Shown here in pieces: positions 43,390 to 55,931 of a stretch of 64,000 nt of DNA. The notes beneath the pieces are model-generated. The model worked only from the letters and a program-made list of their open reading frames with translations, was not told the origin of the DNA and did no database searches. The translations under genes were made by a program, and so were the position numbers. The DNA comes from the human T2T-CHM13v2.0 reference genome, Homo sapiens, in assembly GCF_009914755.1 (NCBI RefSeq), contig NC_060937.1. One strand, 5' to 3'. Each line of letters begins with the position of its first letter. Position 1 is the first letter of the stretch.

Positions 43390-44528
43390 AATGGTCAGCA
43401 ATGTCTTTTTAATACAGATGTGGTACAGAATGTTTAATTACAGCAGGGCAGTGATTCCAGTTAAATAAAATTAAAAACCTTTATTTTCCCAAATATAAAA
43501 TTACTAAATTAAAGTCTTAAAAGAAAATATAACATGGTGACAGCTTTAAAGTACACCACCATTCACCACAGGATTTATGATTTACCAATTACATACTCCA
43601 CCATTTTGGCAAAAGGATGAAATTCTTAAAACTGTTTATAAACCTAATATAGTAAAGACTGTATACATCTCCATATTGCACATTTTTATGTACAAGAATA
43701 AAACATTAAAGTGTATTGCATATACTGGAACAGCACAAATTTATCACAATTAAACTTAATGCATAAGCCCATGTGAGTATTAAAAATGTAGAAATGTAAT
43801 ACATATATGTACAGAATGCCAGGACTGTATTAACAATGATATGTACATAACAATATACTGTACTACTTTGTACTTTTCAGCATAGTTGCGGTTATTAATA
43901 TAGGCCTTTGGTTCTAAACTGCTTGACTAGTTTTAAGCTCACATAATTCCTTAAGCTTTCATATTTTCTTAAATGCAAGGAAATGAATATAAAAGCACTA
44001 AATCTCCTGGTTCACTGGTACAAAAATTACAATGGTCAGTTCCCTTAGGTCATCAAAAACTAGTCACAAAAATAGTTCTTGTATTCAACCTGAATGTGCC
44101 ACAGGAAAAAAAAAATATTTTCAAGATTTTCCAGCTCAGCCTCGAGGCAAAAGGTCCCCCAGGCATCAATGTCAGTGCAGCCCTCCCTGCCATGTAGATC
44201 CCAGAACCTTTTTTTTCTGTAGGCCATCTATTCTAACACTACTCTGCAAGGAAGAATAAAATCTAAGTCCAGCTCAAGAGTGTCTACCACACCTTTGTTA
44301 AGACACAATGAAAACTTTGAATATTGCCAGTGAGATTTAAAAAAATATGTGCACCTTCTTACAACTCCTATAGAAAGTCTGTTAAGAAATAACGTTGTTC
44401 TTTATTTCCTTTCTCTCCCCTTCCCCTTGGTCCTCCCTGTGCTCGGTCTCCCCAGTGATTGGCTTTGGAAAGCATCCTGAGTTTGCAAATGACAAAGCAA
44501 GTCCCCACACACGGGCCATGAGATGTAA
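43390..44528 (-). other. DOCK9: DOCK9 3' UTR
   Basis: AU-rich, repeat-free sequence after the stop codon, ending at the poly(A) signals. The 3' end is approximate. Confidence 0.8.
43408..43485 (-). terminator. DOCK9: Tandem poly(A) signals: AATAAA (43480-43485) and ATTAAA (43408-43413)
   Basis: Both hexamers are on the minus strand. A GT-rich element (GGGTGTTTATTGTT) lies downstream of the distal one. Confidence 0.7.
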
Positions 44529-44651
44529 TCACACGACCGAAGACGAGCTGGTCATCCCGTGAACCATTGTGCTTGTTGGAGTCCCACTGATGGCGTTGAA
44601 GATGTGAAGGGAATTCGGTAAGACGCTCGTCTTCTCCTCCAGGGGGCAGAT
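44529..44651 (-). CDS. DOCK9: DOCK9 terminal exon, coding part: ICPLEEKTSV...GMTSSSSVV*
   Basis: 123 nt, in phase 0 with the preceding exon. Acceptor TGTCCTCGAG|ATC; TGA at 44529-44531. Confidence 0.9.
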   Translation of the reverse strand: MCPLEEKTSVLPNSLHIFNAISGTPTSTMVHGMTSSSSVV

Positions 44652-44660
44652 CTCGAGGAC

Positions 44661-44800
44661 AGAAACACAACGTTACTGAGGGCAACACAAGGTTACCATA
44701 TGCAATGCCATGTTGCCATGTGTGACACAATGTTACCAAGTGTAACAAAATGTTACAGAGTTTAAGGCAATGTTGCCACGTGCAACACAATGTTACTGAG
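44661..44800. repeat. 20-bp tandem repeat, 7 degenerate copies (tgcaacacaatgttacyrag)
   Basis: Exact 20-bp periodicity is visible from 44661 to 44800. Confidence 0.85.
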
Positions 44801-45666
44801 TATAAGGATGCAAGCAGATATTTCTCAATGTGTTGCACCCCACATCACACACACAAGTCTACACTCACTCCATCACGTGAGTGATGTGCAGCCGGAAAGC
44901 CTGGCTGCTGGTTTACAGAGGGAGATGTTCAGCTTATCTCATAAATGACTGTTTTCAGGTGAGGATTATAAGGAGAAAGTCAAGAACAGCACATTTTGTT
45001 TCTTTTACAAAGCTAGTGAATGGAGAGCCTTCTACGCTCACCAGATCATAAGGCAACGTGAGGTCTACTTAAGGCAACGTGAGGTCTACTTACATGTGCT
45101 TGACTGGGACACAACCTAGCCTTGACCTTGAAAAAGCCTTTAAAAATGAATTTGAAGCATTTGTGTTTCTCTCCTGCCTCCTTTTCTCAGGGTCTTACGG
45201 ATTTTGTCTTGGGAGAGGGTGGCTACTCCTCTGACCCTGAACAAGTATCTTTCCATGCCCAGTGGTGCCTGGAAGGATCTGAGTGTAGGTCTTCACCTCC
45301 AGCAGAGGCTCCCCTGGAAACATCGAAAGCAAGTCTACCCCCGCCACGGCCCTTCAGGGGTTCACGGGGGCTCAGTCTTCACAGCTGTTGGCATAATGGG
45401 AAGTTCAAGGTGCAGCTGACAGCAAGTGCATTAAATATCCCTGTACTTTGGGAGTTTAACAGTTTCAGCCTATGATCTCTTACTACTTTCATCTTCTCTA
45501 GTGCCCAATGTCGGCACCCACTGACCAAACTCTCCATTCTATAGGAATCTGGAGGCTCCACAGAAAAGATCTCAAGTTTTCTCTGAAAATCGGTTCCCAT
45601 GAGTCCCTCCTGTTCTGCTTAATTATTCAGACATTCATTTCTCTAATCGTTTCAATTTTTTTCTAC

Positions 45667-46053
<387 letters not shown>

Positions 46054-46109
46054 TAATAGCTTTTTCTAAGTCAGATTATCAGAAAAATAATGTTTAAAAA
46101 TGACATTAC

Positions 46110-46117
46110 CATCCCAG
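46110..46117 (-). CDS. DOCK9: DOCK9 8-nt alternative microexon (CTGGGATG) giving the ...HEQLG* end
   Basis: TTCAG|CTGGGATG|GTAATG with an upstream pyrimidine tract. Splicing to the last exon forms CTG GGA TG|A (stop). I recall a DOCK9 isoform that ends EQLG. Confidence 0.8.
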
Positions 46118-47018
46118 CTGAACGTGTTAGCATGGAGGAGAAAAAAAGCAAGTGAGTTAAAGCTCACACACTGACGTTCGTTTCCTGCAATGAAAATGTA
46201 CTAACTAAACTGTCAGGGGATAGGATCACTCCACAAACGGCCCTGGCTTCCACTGTGCCAGACTGAAGGACGATAATGGAGGGGCCAGACAGAGCAGTTC
46301 TGTGTTATCAAGGTGCTAATGTCAATTATAAAGAAAGGACAGTGACTGAGACAGACCCCTCACAAAAAAAACAATGTGGATGCTGCTCTAGGCATTCCCT
46401 GGGTATGGGACACTGTCTCCTCTGTGACAACTGAGCCCACACATAGAATCCTACTGAAGAAACCCACAGGAAAGAGATAACAGCAAAATAATCAGGGAAG
46501 ATGCCCATAGTGACAAGGAACTTAAAGGAAGAATCCACTGGGGCGCCAAGGCCCACTGTACATCGTCAAAAATGGAATCAGTCTGTATTTTTAAACAGCA
46601 AAAACATTGAATGCAACAGATAATTCCTTAAACCAGGTTGGCAAGTCCTGCTTTTTTCAAAGGATTAAAGGAATAAAGTTGTCAGAACAGTATGGATATT
46701 TTCGTGTGAGTTTTTCCTTTCTTTTCTTTTTGGCTAGACGGGGGTGGGGAGAGAGAAAGCTTAGGAAACATGGCCACCTCTTAGAGCCACGAGGAGGCGG
46801 GCCCGCTCTCCCCTGCTTGCCGTAGATAACAGCATATGGGCAATCTGTTAGCTGTTCCCAAATGACCTGGGGCTAGAGCATGGCAGGAGTGTGGTATGCT
46901 ACATTCTCCTTCAGATGTCACAGTTCTGGAAGGATATCAGGCGGCCTAAGTCATGATAGGGTGTACTTGAAACCCCTAACCAAGAACTCCAAGTTGTTGG
47001 AGCCAGTGCGGCCCTCAC

Positions 47019-47157
47019 CTGCTCATGCATGATTTCAGAAAGCTCCTTCGCCATTTCCCTGTAGTTGGCTTTCATTTCTTCCTGATACTCGAGCTGGTCT
47101 TCTTTAATCAGACGTTCATTTACCGCTAAGGCTTGACCGCAAGCTTCCACAAATTGC
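47019..47157 (-). CDS. DOCK9: DOCK9 exon (R)QFVEACGQ...LSEIMHEQ
   Basis: CAG acceptor and GTGAG donor, 139 nt, phases consistent with its neighbours. Confidence 0.96.
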
Positions 47158-47292
47158 CTGGAATGGTACAGGCGGGAGAAACAAAGGCACGCAGAGGATA
47201 AGGCATGAGTCCAACCAGCAGCATCTCCCTCCCGAATGAGTACAGAAATGATCAATACTCGAAGAGAAAAAGATGCTTTCAGTGTGCTTTAC

Positions 47293-47393
47293 CTGAAAAC
47301 TTCCTTAAGCAGCTTCACTTTATTGTCAGGATATCGCTTTGTGTTTGTATCATCTAAGAAAGCTCGCGCATATGCTAGTGGGCCAGCATTGAC
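47293..47393 (-). CDS. DOCK9: DOCK9 exon [12 protein letters not shown]...KEVF (DHR2 nucleotide-sensor region)
   Basis: TAG acceptor and GTAAAG donor, 101 nt, with the VNAG motif of DOCK-D DHR2 domains. Confidence 0.96.
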
Positions 47394-50191
47394 CTAGACA
47401 AAGAGCAAAGATTTTCAGTTCCACTAGGAAGAAAATCACCATGACCATCTGCTCAGTTTCAGTTTGCAGGCACTAAAAAGCCCGTTCGCGTGAGCTACTC
47501 ACAATCCCTGCCTTCCAGGAACTTAAGCCCAAAAAGAAACCACAAAGCTCACTCTGTTGCACACCACTTGATTCCATGATCTCAGCCATCTTCAGGGCAC
47601 TTGTGATGATGGTTTACTTTATGTAAGAAGAAACCAATGCTTGGAAAACTTAGGGGCCTGTTGAAGTTTGAAGAGCCAATAAGCAAAACGCCAGAGATCA
47701 CAGCCCAGGTCTTCCAAATCCAGGTCAAGGATTCTTACTTCCAAGGTGTTTAGTCACTGGGATTTGTGCTGCACTACACTGAACTAACAGGCCAATCTGG
47801 TGAATTCAGTGAAAAATTGAAAAATGCAGTAACTATTCCAGTTTTTGAAACCCAACTGTTCATTTCATTGAATTGTATAGACAGCCATGGGCAAACTGAT
47901 TTGCTATACTGGGATGAAGTGAGCGTTTGCGGTGTGCTGGAGAGCTAGATGTTAGGAGCAGACAGCACGGTGAGTGAACCAGAACCCTGCACCACCCTTG
48001 CAAGCAGCTAAGAAGGGTCTGCTGATTCTGGATAAGTAAGGAAAGGTAAGAACGTGGTGAGAAAGAAGGCTGGACACACTGGGATGGGAAGAAGAATGTT
48101 CCAGGCGTCTGAGACAGCCTGGGGAAGAACGTGACTATGTGGTCACTGCTTGATATTTCCCGGAAGGTCTGGTGAGCTTAGCAAGGAATTAGGGGAGCTC
48201 CCCGTGTGTGGTTCTGACCCATGGTAGGCAGGACTTGTCTAGCAATGGCAGGAAAACTGAGCCACAGGAACTCACACCAGACGTGGAGACACAGGAGGGT
48301 TCCAGGTTCCAGCCACAGTGGTCAGAGGGGGACCTCTGAGCCGGGGGCAATGGGTGAACAGCCCAAGGTGCGTTGAGGGTGGAACTCAGCACCAGGCTGG
48401 TGCGTGGGGGGAACTGTATTCATCACCTGAAGACGACCAAAATGACTGATCATCTAAAATGATACAAGACGGTCTGTATTTGAAGAAGATAGAAAGAGGA
48501 AGGCTGATGAGACTCCATAAGGTCTAATAGCAAGATCTTGGAGTGCAATGACAAGAAGCTCTGCAGACGGCTCTGCCCAGTAAAGCTGCAGCGCCAGTGA
48601 GCTGCTTGATGAAACAATTACAGAAATACGCAAATAAAATGATAAAGTTAATTTCCTCTGGCTGCAACTTTGTTGTTACTTTGGTAGGTATGAGTATAAA
48701 CTTAATCTTCTCATTTCAACATGGAATTTCTTGCTTTTTAAGATGACTGGGAATTTTATAAAATGCTAAGTTTACCATCAAATTAGCAGGGCATATTTTG
48801 CCTTTTACAAAGCTCAATGGTCCAGCCCTACCCTGGACTGGTGCCACACCCCTCCAGCGGCCTTTCCATAGGGGCTGGATGTTCCAAGATCATGTTGATT
48901 GAGTGGTTTTGTTTTTAGCTACAGAAAATTGTGGCCTCTGGACCTGTTACATAATCACTCATGTTGCTGGAATACTTATGTTCACTTGCTAACTTATTTT
49001 GGCACATATGTCTTTGAGACTATAAGGAAAGAGATTAAAAACATCTGTAAATGCTTTTGTGGTGAATGACACAAAAATGTTGGGCAACAACTCACGGTTC
49101 TTTAGCGTGGATCTGATGGGAAGTTGACAAAATATAATTTCAGAAAATGAACCAAAAAAACCAAAACCTATGTATTATAATCCACATGTAACTTTCATAA
49201 ACATACCCTTCTTGAAAGATAAAACAATAGGATATACAAATACATATATACACACATGTACATATACATATGAACAAACATGTGCTTGAACTATATACAC
49301 TTAAAAATACCAGAAAATAAGAGTCATACTTGTTACTGGAGGGAGTGATTTAACACTTACCAATTAACTAGGAAACCATGTAAGTAAGATAACTTTTTAA
49401 AAACCTCTTACTAAAGTATAATATACAAACGGGAAAGCGCATATATCACAAGTGTATACAGCTTGATGAATTTTCACAAACTGAACATATATGTTAGTAT
49501 CTAGATCAAAGATGATCTTTTCAATAAATTGTGTATATCACTTGGAAGGTCATATGGAAAAAATATATCCTGACCCTTACACTATAACATATACAAAAAT
49601 CAATTCCAGATGGACTGCAGACCTGGATGTGGATGCTGAGCAAAGGAGGAAAACCTAGGAGAACATCTGTGAAATTTTGGAGTAGACACAGATTTCTTAA
49701 AGAGAACATAAAAATGCTACCAATAAAGAAAAATTGATTGATTGGGCTATATTAAAATAATGAATTCATTAATCAAAAGATACCATTAAGAGGGTAAAAC
49801 TTAAGGTACTTTTTTGGATACAATTTTCATAGAAAACAGCAAACAACAGTTTTATAGGAAAATCTACTGCTCTCCACACTTCTTTGTATTTAGAAGAGTC
49901 TTGATGCTTCTAATCAGGCACCCAGAATTCCCCAAATACTGACAAATCAGGGTAGTGTATGAGATCTGGCTCTTGTCCCCACAGTCAGTCCTCATGGGGC
50001 GGGGGGCAGGGATCATGAGGTTTCCTCCCCCTCTGATATCAGGAGAAATGTCACAGACGTTGGGGGAAGGGAGCAGGGATCACTTGGTAAACCGAGGCTC
50101 TCAAGTAGACCTTGTTAGTGGAAACGACTCTCAAGTCACCCAGGGGCAAGGACGTCCCCTGCTGCCCTCCGGCCTGCTGTGCCTGGCTCAC

Positions 50192-50382
50192 CTGAACACT
50201 CACGCTGCCCTGGAGTTTGAGCTGCAGTTTGATCATGTCCACCTCGGCCGAGGAGCACAGCTGCCGGAGCTCCGCCACCTTCTTACTCATCTCGTCAATG
50301 GCCACCTCGATGGGGTTCAGGTCAGTGTGGTGCTGGTACATGACAGGGATGCGCTTCTTCACATAAGGGAAGCAGTGTATGG
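50192..50382 (-). CDS. DOCK9: DOCK9 exon (A)[13 protein letters not shown]...LQGSVSVQ
   Basis: CAG acceptor and GTGAG donor, 191 nt, with the DHR2 motifs FPYVKKRI and PIEVAIDEM. Confidence 0.97.
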
Positions 50383-50901
50383 CTGCAGAGGGTAAGCCCC
50401 AGAATTACTGCATGGCTTGCACGAGCTTTAGTGTTATTGAGCTGATTATTATTAGAAGTGATTATTATACATGTCATTATTACTTACATTTTTAAAATAA
50501 GGAACCCAAAGCTTGCCAAAGACACATACTAGTACTTGATGGAGCTAGAATATTGTCTTCCTTTACAATCGTGTGTCTCGTAAAGTCAAGAGAGTTGGGT
50601 CCTTGTTATCCTTTTAATGTGACAAGCGTGTCTTTAAATAAATGAGGTTATCATTCCCCACTCAAACCTTCCTTGGAAGCTCTGAGGTTTGAATGAGTTA
50701 GTGGATATAAGATGACTTTGACAACATAAAAAAGACTAAACAATTTTGAGATACTACATAACAGATTAAGTCCAGAAAATAGTTCCATAAAAATATCCTT
50801 GAGAAAATTCATTTTTGTCCATAGAATAACTTTGAATCACATGCTAAGCTTGCACAAAGCTGAGAAATCAGTAGAAAATAATAAGTAAGAATATATTCCT
50901 A

Positions 50902-51200
50902 GGGTGGGTACAGTGCTCACACCTGTAATCTTAGCACTTTGGGAGGCCAAGGCTGGTAGATCACTTGAGCCCAGGAGTTTAAGACCAGCCTGGGCAACAT
51001 GGCAAAAACCTAATTTTTGTAATTTTGTAAAAAATACAAAAAATTAGCTGAGTGTGGTGGTATATGCCTGTAGTCCCAGCTACTGGGGAGGCTGACACGG
51101 GAGGCTTGAGCCCAGGAGGTCAAAGCTGCAGTGAGCTGTGATTGTGCCACTGCACTCCAGCCTGGGCTACAGAGTGAGACCCTGTCTCAAAAAAGAAAAC
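50902..51200 (+). mobile_element. AluJ-like
   Basis: Diverged Alu dimer; aagaatatattccta/aagaatatactccta flanks. Confidence 0.85.
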
Positions 51201-53314
51201 AAAAACCATTCCCCTAAAACCCAAACCAAAAAAACACAAAGAATATACTCCTAAGCAAAGGATTTCATGAACCAGAAATTCACAAACTTTTGGAGCTGTA
51301 GTGCTAATAAAGGTATTTTGAAACTTACAGCAATGAATAAGAAATAAAAATAAAAATATTTACTTTTTCTTATATATTTTTTAACCAAAAAAATCTGATT
51401 AATATTGTTTTCCTTTATCATAATGAGATACCTAAACATCAACACAAAGGAGTTAATTTAAAAATGAACAGAAAAACAGCAGGTTCTCATTTACTATTTC
51501 ACATTTCTTATTGCTCTATATAATATAGAAATATCTATAATATTCTCACTTGACATATATTTACTAATAGGCAGGTAGATATGTACTTAAAAGCTTATTA
51601 TTTTTTTTGAACAAGCAAACGTCAGATGGGAGTGGTCCTGGTCTCTAGTTAGCAACTGGCTAGGGAAGAGTTCAATTGGGAAGGACTCATCACAGGATGG
51701 GAAACAGGCCCAGCCCCTGTGAAACACAGAGTTCCGATGGGCCACCCAACATCTGGACAAAAGCGGAAAACATGTCCACCCTGAGGCAACCTCATATGTC
51801 ACGTACTTATAGGCCTGTTGCCTTTTCACAATGTTTTATCAGTGAAAGGTGAAGGGTTCCCGACTTGGTTTCACAGATTTTAAGTGGTAGCACTGGGGAT
51901 CCACAAAGCTCCCTGGTAGGATGGTGAGGACTCGGCCTCGCTGCTCCCTAGTCAGGGAGGCAGTGCTGGCAGATGCCTGCTTGTATTTGGACAGGGGGCT
52001 GTGCTTCAGGGGAAGAGTGGGGCTGCCTTCCTGTTTCTGAGGAAGGAGGTCAACTCCAGGTTCCCAGTCTCCTTTTGCTTTGTCTGGAACACAGATCACG
52101 TTCTACCACGGTTATATTTACTCATCTGGGTACTGTTTATCATCTGTCTCCTCTGGCTAGAATGCCAGCTGCACAGGCCCACAGATGTCTGTTTCATTAG
52201 CCTGCCAATGGGAACATGGTCAGTGTGCAATACATTTTGTTGAATGAATGAATGCATTACTGCCCAAATGGCTGCATGAGAGTCCAAACTGGCTCTGGAA
52301 GGTGGACAATTAGGTGACCGACTGAGCCAGCCCTTTAGAAAGGAGGACGGGGAAGGCCCAGTGATAAGTATGGTGACTGCTGGTCTGTGTGTCTTGAATA
52401 GAAAGTGGAGGGCCGGAAGCTAATCCAGGTTTGGAAGACTCTGGAATAGTGACTGGGAAGAAACTCCTTGGCAAAAGTTCCATGAAAGAAGTGGAGGAGG
52501 CTTCTCCTCGCCCCCCTTCTTTGGGACAGGCTCAGAAATTTCCACTGAAGGAGGCTGGAGGGTGATCATGAGGTTTTTCAAATGATTGCACAGTTACAGT
52601 CAGCTGACTGGGAACTACCCAGAAAGGTGAGCCTTTTCCTGGTGTAGAGGGCAGGGAAGGCCTGGGCTCCCTTTGACCTTTGGAAGGCCAAAGGTTAGGT
52701 ACAAAGCAATGCAATGGAAGAAGAACCTGAGGGGTTGATAACTTGAGGGAAAACCCTCAGGTCTAGCCTTCAGAACGCCCTGGTGTGTGTATCTAGCTCA
52801 ACAGCGGATGAAATCTAGCAAAAAATGAAGAACGCTCTTTCCCTTGCTTCTTACTATTTACAAAGTTATGACAATATAATGAGATAAGTGTCCTAACTTG
52901 CATTTTACAGATGAGGAAACTAAGGCATAGAGAGGAAGAGTGACCTGCCCAAGGTCACACAGTGAGGCTGTGACCCAGGCCTACAGGACCCCCAGGACAG
53001 CCTCGCCATTGCTTAGGCTGTCTCAACCCACAGCTGTGGACGGCAATCCCCAAGCCAACAACACAGGTGTCTGCCCCACCTCTCTCTGAAGCGCACTCTC
53101 TGTCCCCTTGTTCCCGCAGATACAGAGCATTGCTCATGTGCTTTATCTAATCTAAAGTAGTCTCTAACAAAATGATGACCTGTAACCCTGGAGAAATGTG
53201 CCCTGGGAAAACAGCCTATGGTAATGAATGTTTATGAATCCGTACACTGCCTTAACAATAACCATACTAAAAAATCCTGACCCTGACTCAGCAGTGAACT
53301 AGGTTTATTAAAGG

Positions 53315-53502
53315 CAGCAGTTCTCTAATCTGAGCATGCACCAGGATAACCGGGAGGGCCTGTTGAACACAAAGAGCTGGGCCCCGCCCCCAGAGTTTCT
53401 GATCCAGCAGTTTCGGAGGTGGGGACCTGGAACTTCCATCTCTAACAAGTTCCCTGGGGGTGCTGATGCTGCTGGTCCTGGACCAACCTTGGGTAACCAC
53501 TG
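53315..53502. mobile_element. MER5A
   Basis: cagcagttctctaatctgagcatgcaccagga...gatgctgctggtcctggaccaaccttgggtaaccactg. Confidence 0.8.
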
Positions 53503-54900
53503 ACTTAAAGGGTCAGAAGGAAAGTTATCACAGCTGAACCATAAACACTGTAAGCTGGTGATTCCCATAAAGTGATTCCATCTGGAAGCGCAGTTATTTG
53601 GCTTAATGAGAATTTGCTACTGATGTGTGCATTAAAAAATAATTAAATTATTTGGGGTGGGGTGATGTTTGTGAGGACAATATTATTTGTGCTTTATATA
53701 TGCTGTCTTCTTATTTTACAAGCAGGATTAGGGACACTTTAAGAACACAGTTTTGTTTTAACTTGTATCTCTTTTCCCTCATAGGGAGTGTGAAAAGCTC
53801 CCTGCAATACGCTGTCCTGGGCTAATTCATAAAAACCTGTATTTTTTTTTTTTTTTTGTAACAGCTTTACTGAGATATAAACCCCACGCCATCCAGTCTC
53901 TCTTTTTAAAGCATACGCTTCGCCGGTGAGAGCTGATAAGCACCTGGGTGCAGCATCTCCACAGCGCTCCTTCCGCTTATTATGATAGTGTGTATTATTA
54001 CCCAGACAGAAACTCAACAACCCCAACTTCCGGGGAGCAGGCCCTTTCCTGGTCTGACTTAACTAGGGCCACTCTTTGGAAGACGTGTGGTGAAAGCTGG
54101 CACACCTGGCATTCTCAACGGCCCTCCCACTGATATTTCTTGGTCAAGAAAGCATTTTATGTTAGGTTACCCCAGTGATGTCGCTGACCCTAATGAGGCA
54201 GGGATGGGTCAAGCTCTCCCACAGAAGGTAAAAATCACCCCAGGATGACTAGACACTTGCCAGGGACCGGGAAATGATGCAAAACACATTTCCCAGAGTG
54301 GGTTATCACTGGCTAAACAGTGCCAAAGGGATCAGTGAAAACTGCCTAAGCTGAACTCGTGGATAGCCACTGAATGCAGTGAGCTTCCTGGCAGAGGAGG
54401 CATTCAAGTGGCAGCTGGCCAGCCCCCGGGGGCAACAGCGTGGGGCGATCCAAGCTCACATCCCATTTACTCACAGCCTGAGACCGCTGAGCAGGCCATG
54501 CTAGAACCTGAGACAGGTGTGTGAGACGGGTCCCTCCCTGTGCGGAGACCCAGGACTGGGTGTGGCTGCTGGACCTGGAGTCCATAAGTCACCTTAGACT
54601 GTGTGCAAAAGCATCTAGGCACATAAGGCACGCCATTTTCATCAGATTCTCAGAAGGGTAAGTGACCTTAGATTGGATATGAGCTTCTGGTCTTGTGGAA
54701 GAAGGAAGTGTCAACAGATCAACAGAAAAACATCCCAAGTATTCAAAAGGAAGCACTAGATAAATGTGAAACTGAAATGGGTGTGGGGGTGGCTAACTGA
54801 GCTCGAAAGACCCTTCCAGTCCTGAAGCTTCTGAATCCCTCTGGACAGCTCTTTGGCGAGGTGTCCGGGCTCGTGTCCATGCGGCTTCTGGGGCCCATAC

Positions 54901-55111
54901 CTGTCAGGATGGTGCGCCGTTTGCACTGCTCTTCCACCCCGCCCTGCCTCTTCCCGGTCTGCGTAAATGGCATCTCAAACATGAAGCGGCGGATGTTGTG
55001 GGATCTCTCAAACTCTGTTTTCCTTTCTTGCAACTCTTTTTCGTCAAAGAAGGGGATGACATGAGTCACCTGGATGTATGCATACTTAGAATCCAGATCC
55101 TTAGGGTTGAC
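54901..55111 (-). CDS. DOCK9: DOCK9 exon [10 protein letters not shown]...CKRRTILT
   Basis: AAG acceptor and GTATGG donor, 211 nt. Confidence 0.97.
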
Positions 55112-55664
55112 CTTTAATTGAAACAGCACAATGGGAGATTGGTGCTCCATGAAGGAATCACTCAGTTCTTACCTACGTGGTATTTTCCAACATTTTATTT
55201 GTAAATATAACGGAGAGAAGAGTACAACAAACATCCACATATCCACCACTTGGATCAACAACTGCTAGCAGTTTGCTATATTTGTTTCAAATATACATAC
55301 ACATACACTTATGGATGTGCACACACACACAGACATACAGACTTTTTTTTTTCCAGTAGAACCATTTCAAAGTAAGTGGTACACGTCAGGATACTACAGT
55401 CAGCTTCTCCTAAAAATAAGGACATTTGCTTCTATAACCGCAATACATTATCATGCCTACCCAAATTAACACTGATTCCCTAATACCATCCAATACCCAG
55501 TCTATATTAACATTTTCTCAAATGTCTCCAGAATGTTAGTTATAGATATTTGTGTTTGGATCAGAATCTAATCAACAATCACACTTTACATTTAGTTGTT
55601 ATGTCCCTAGTCATGTTTAATTTAGAAGAATTCCCTATCATTCATTTTTCCCATAACATTGAAT

Positions 55665-55931
55665 TATTTTATTTTTTTTTGAGACAGAGTTTTGCTCTTG
55701 TTGCCCAGGCTGGAGTGCAATGGCGCGATCTCAGCTACTGCAACCTCTGCCTCCAGCGTTCAAGTGATTCTCCTGCCTCAGCCTCCCAAGTAGCTGTGAC
55801 TACAGGTGTGTGCCACCATGCCCAGCTAATTATATATTTTTAGCAGACACAGGGTTTCTCCATGTTGGTCAGGCTGGTCTCGAACTCCCGACCTCAGGTG
55901 ATCCGCCCGCCTTGGCCTCCCAAAGTGCTGG
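55665..55931 (-). mobile_element. AluSp-like, missing its 5' end
   Basis: Antisense Alu ending at caaagtgctgg. Confidence 0.88.

Noticed and set aside
49955-50395. 146-aa plus-strand ORF antisense to a DOCK9 exon
   Set aside because: A shadow ORF of the coding exon, with a non-ATG start and no promoter or splice evidence.
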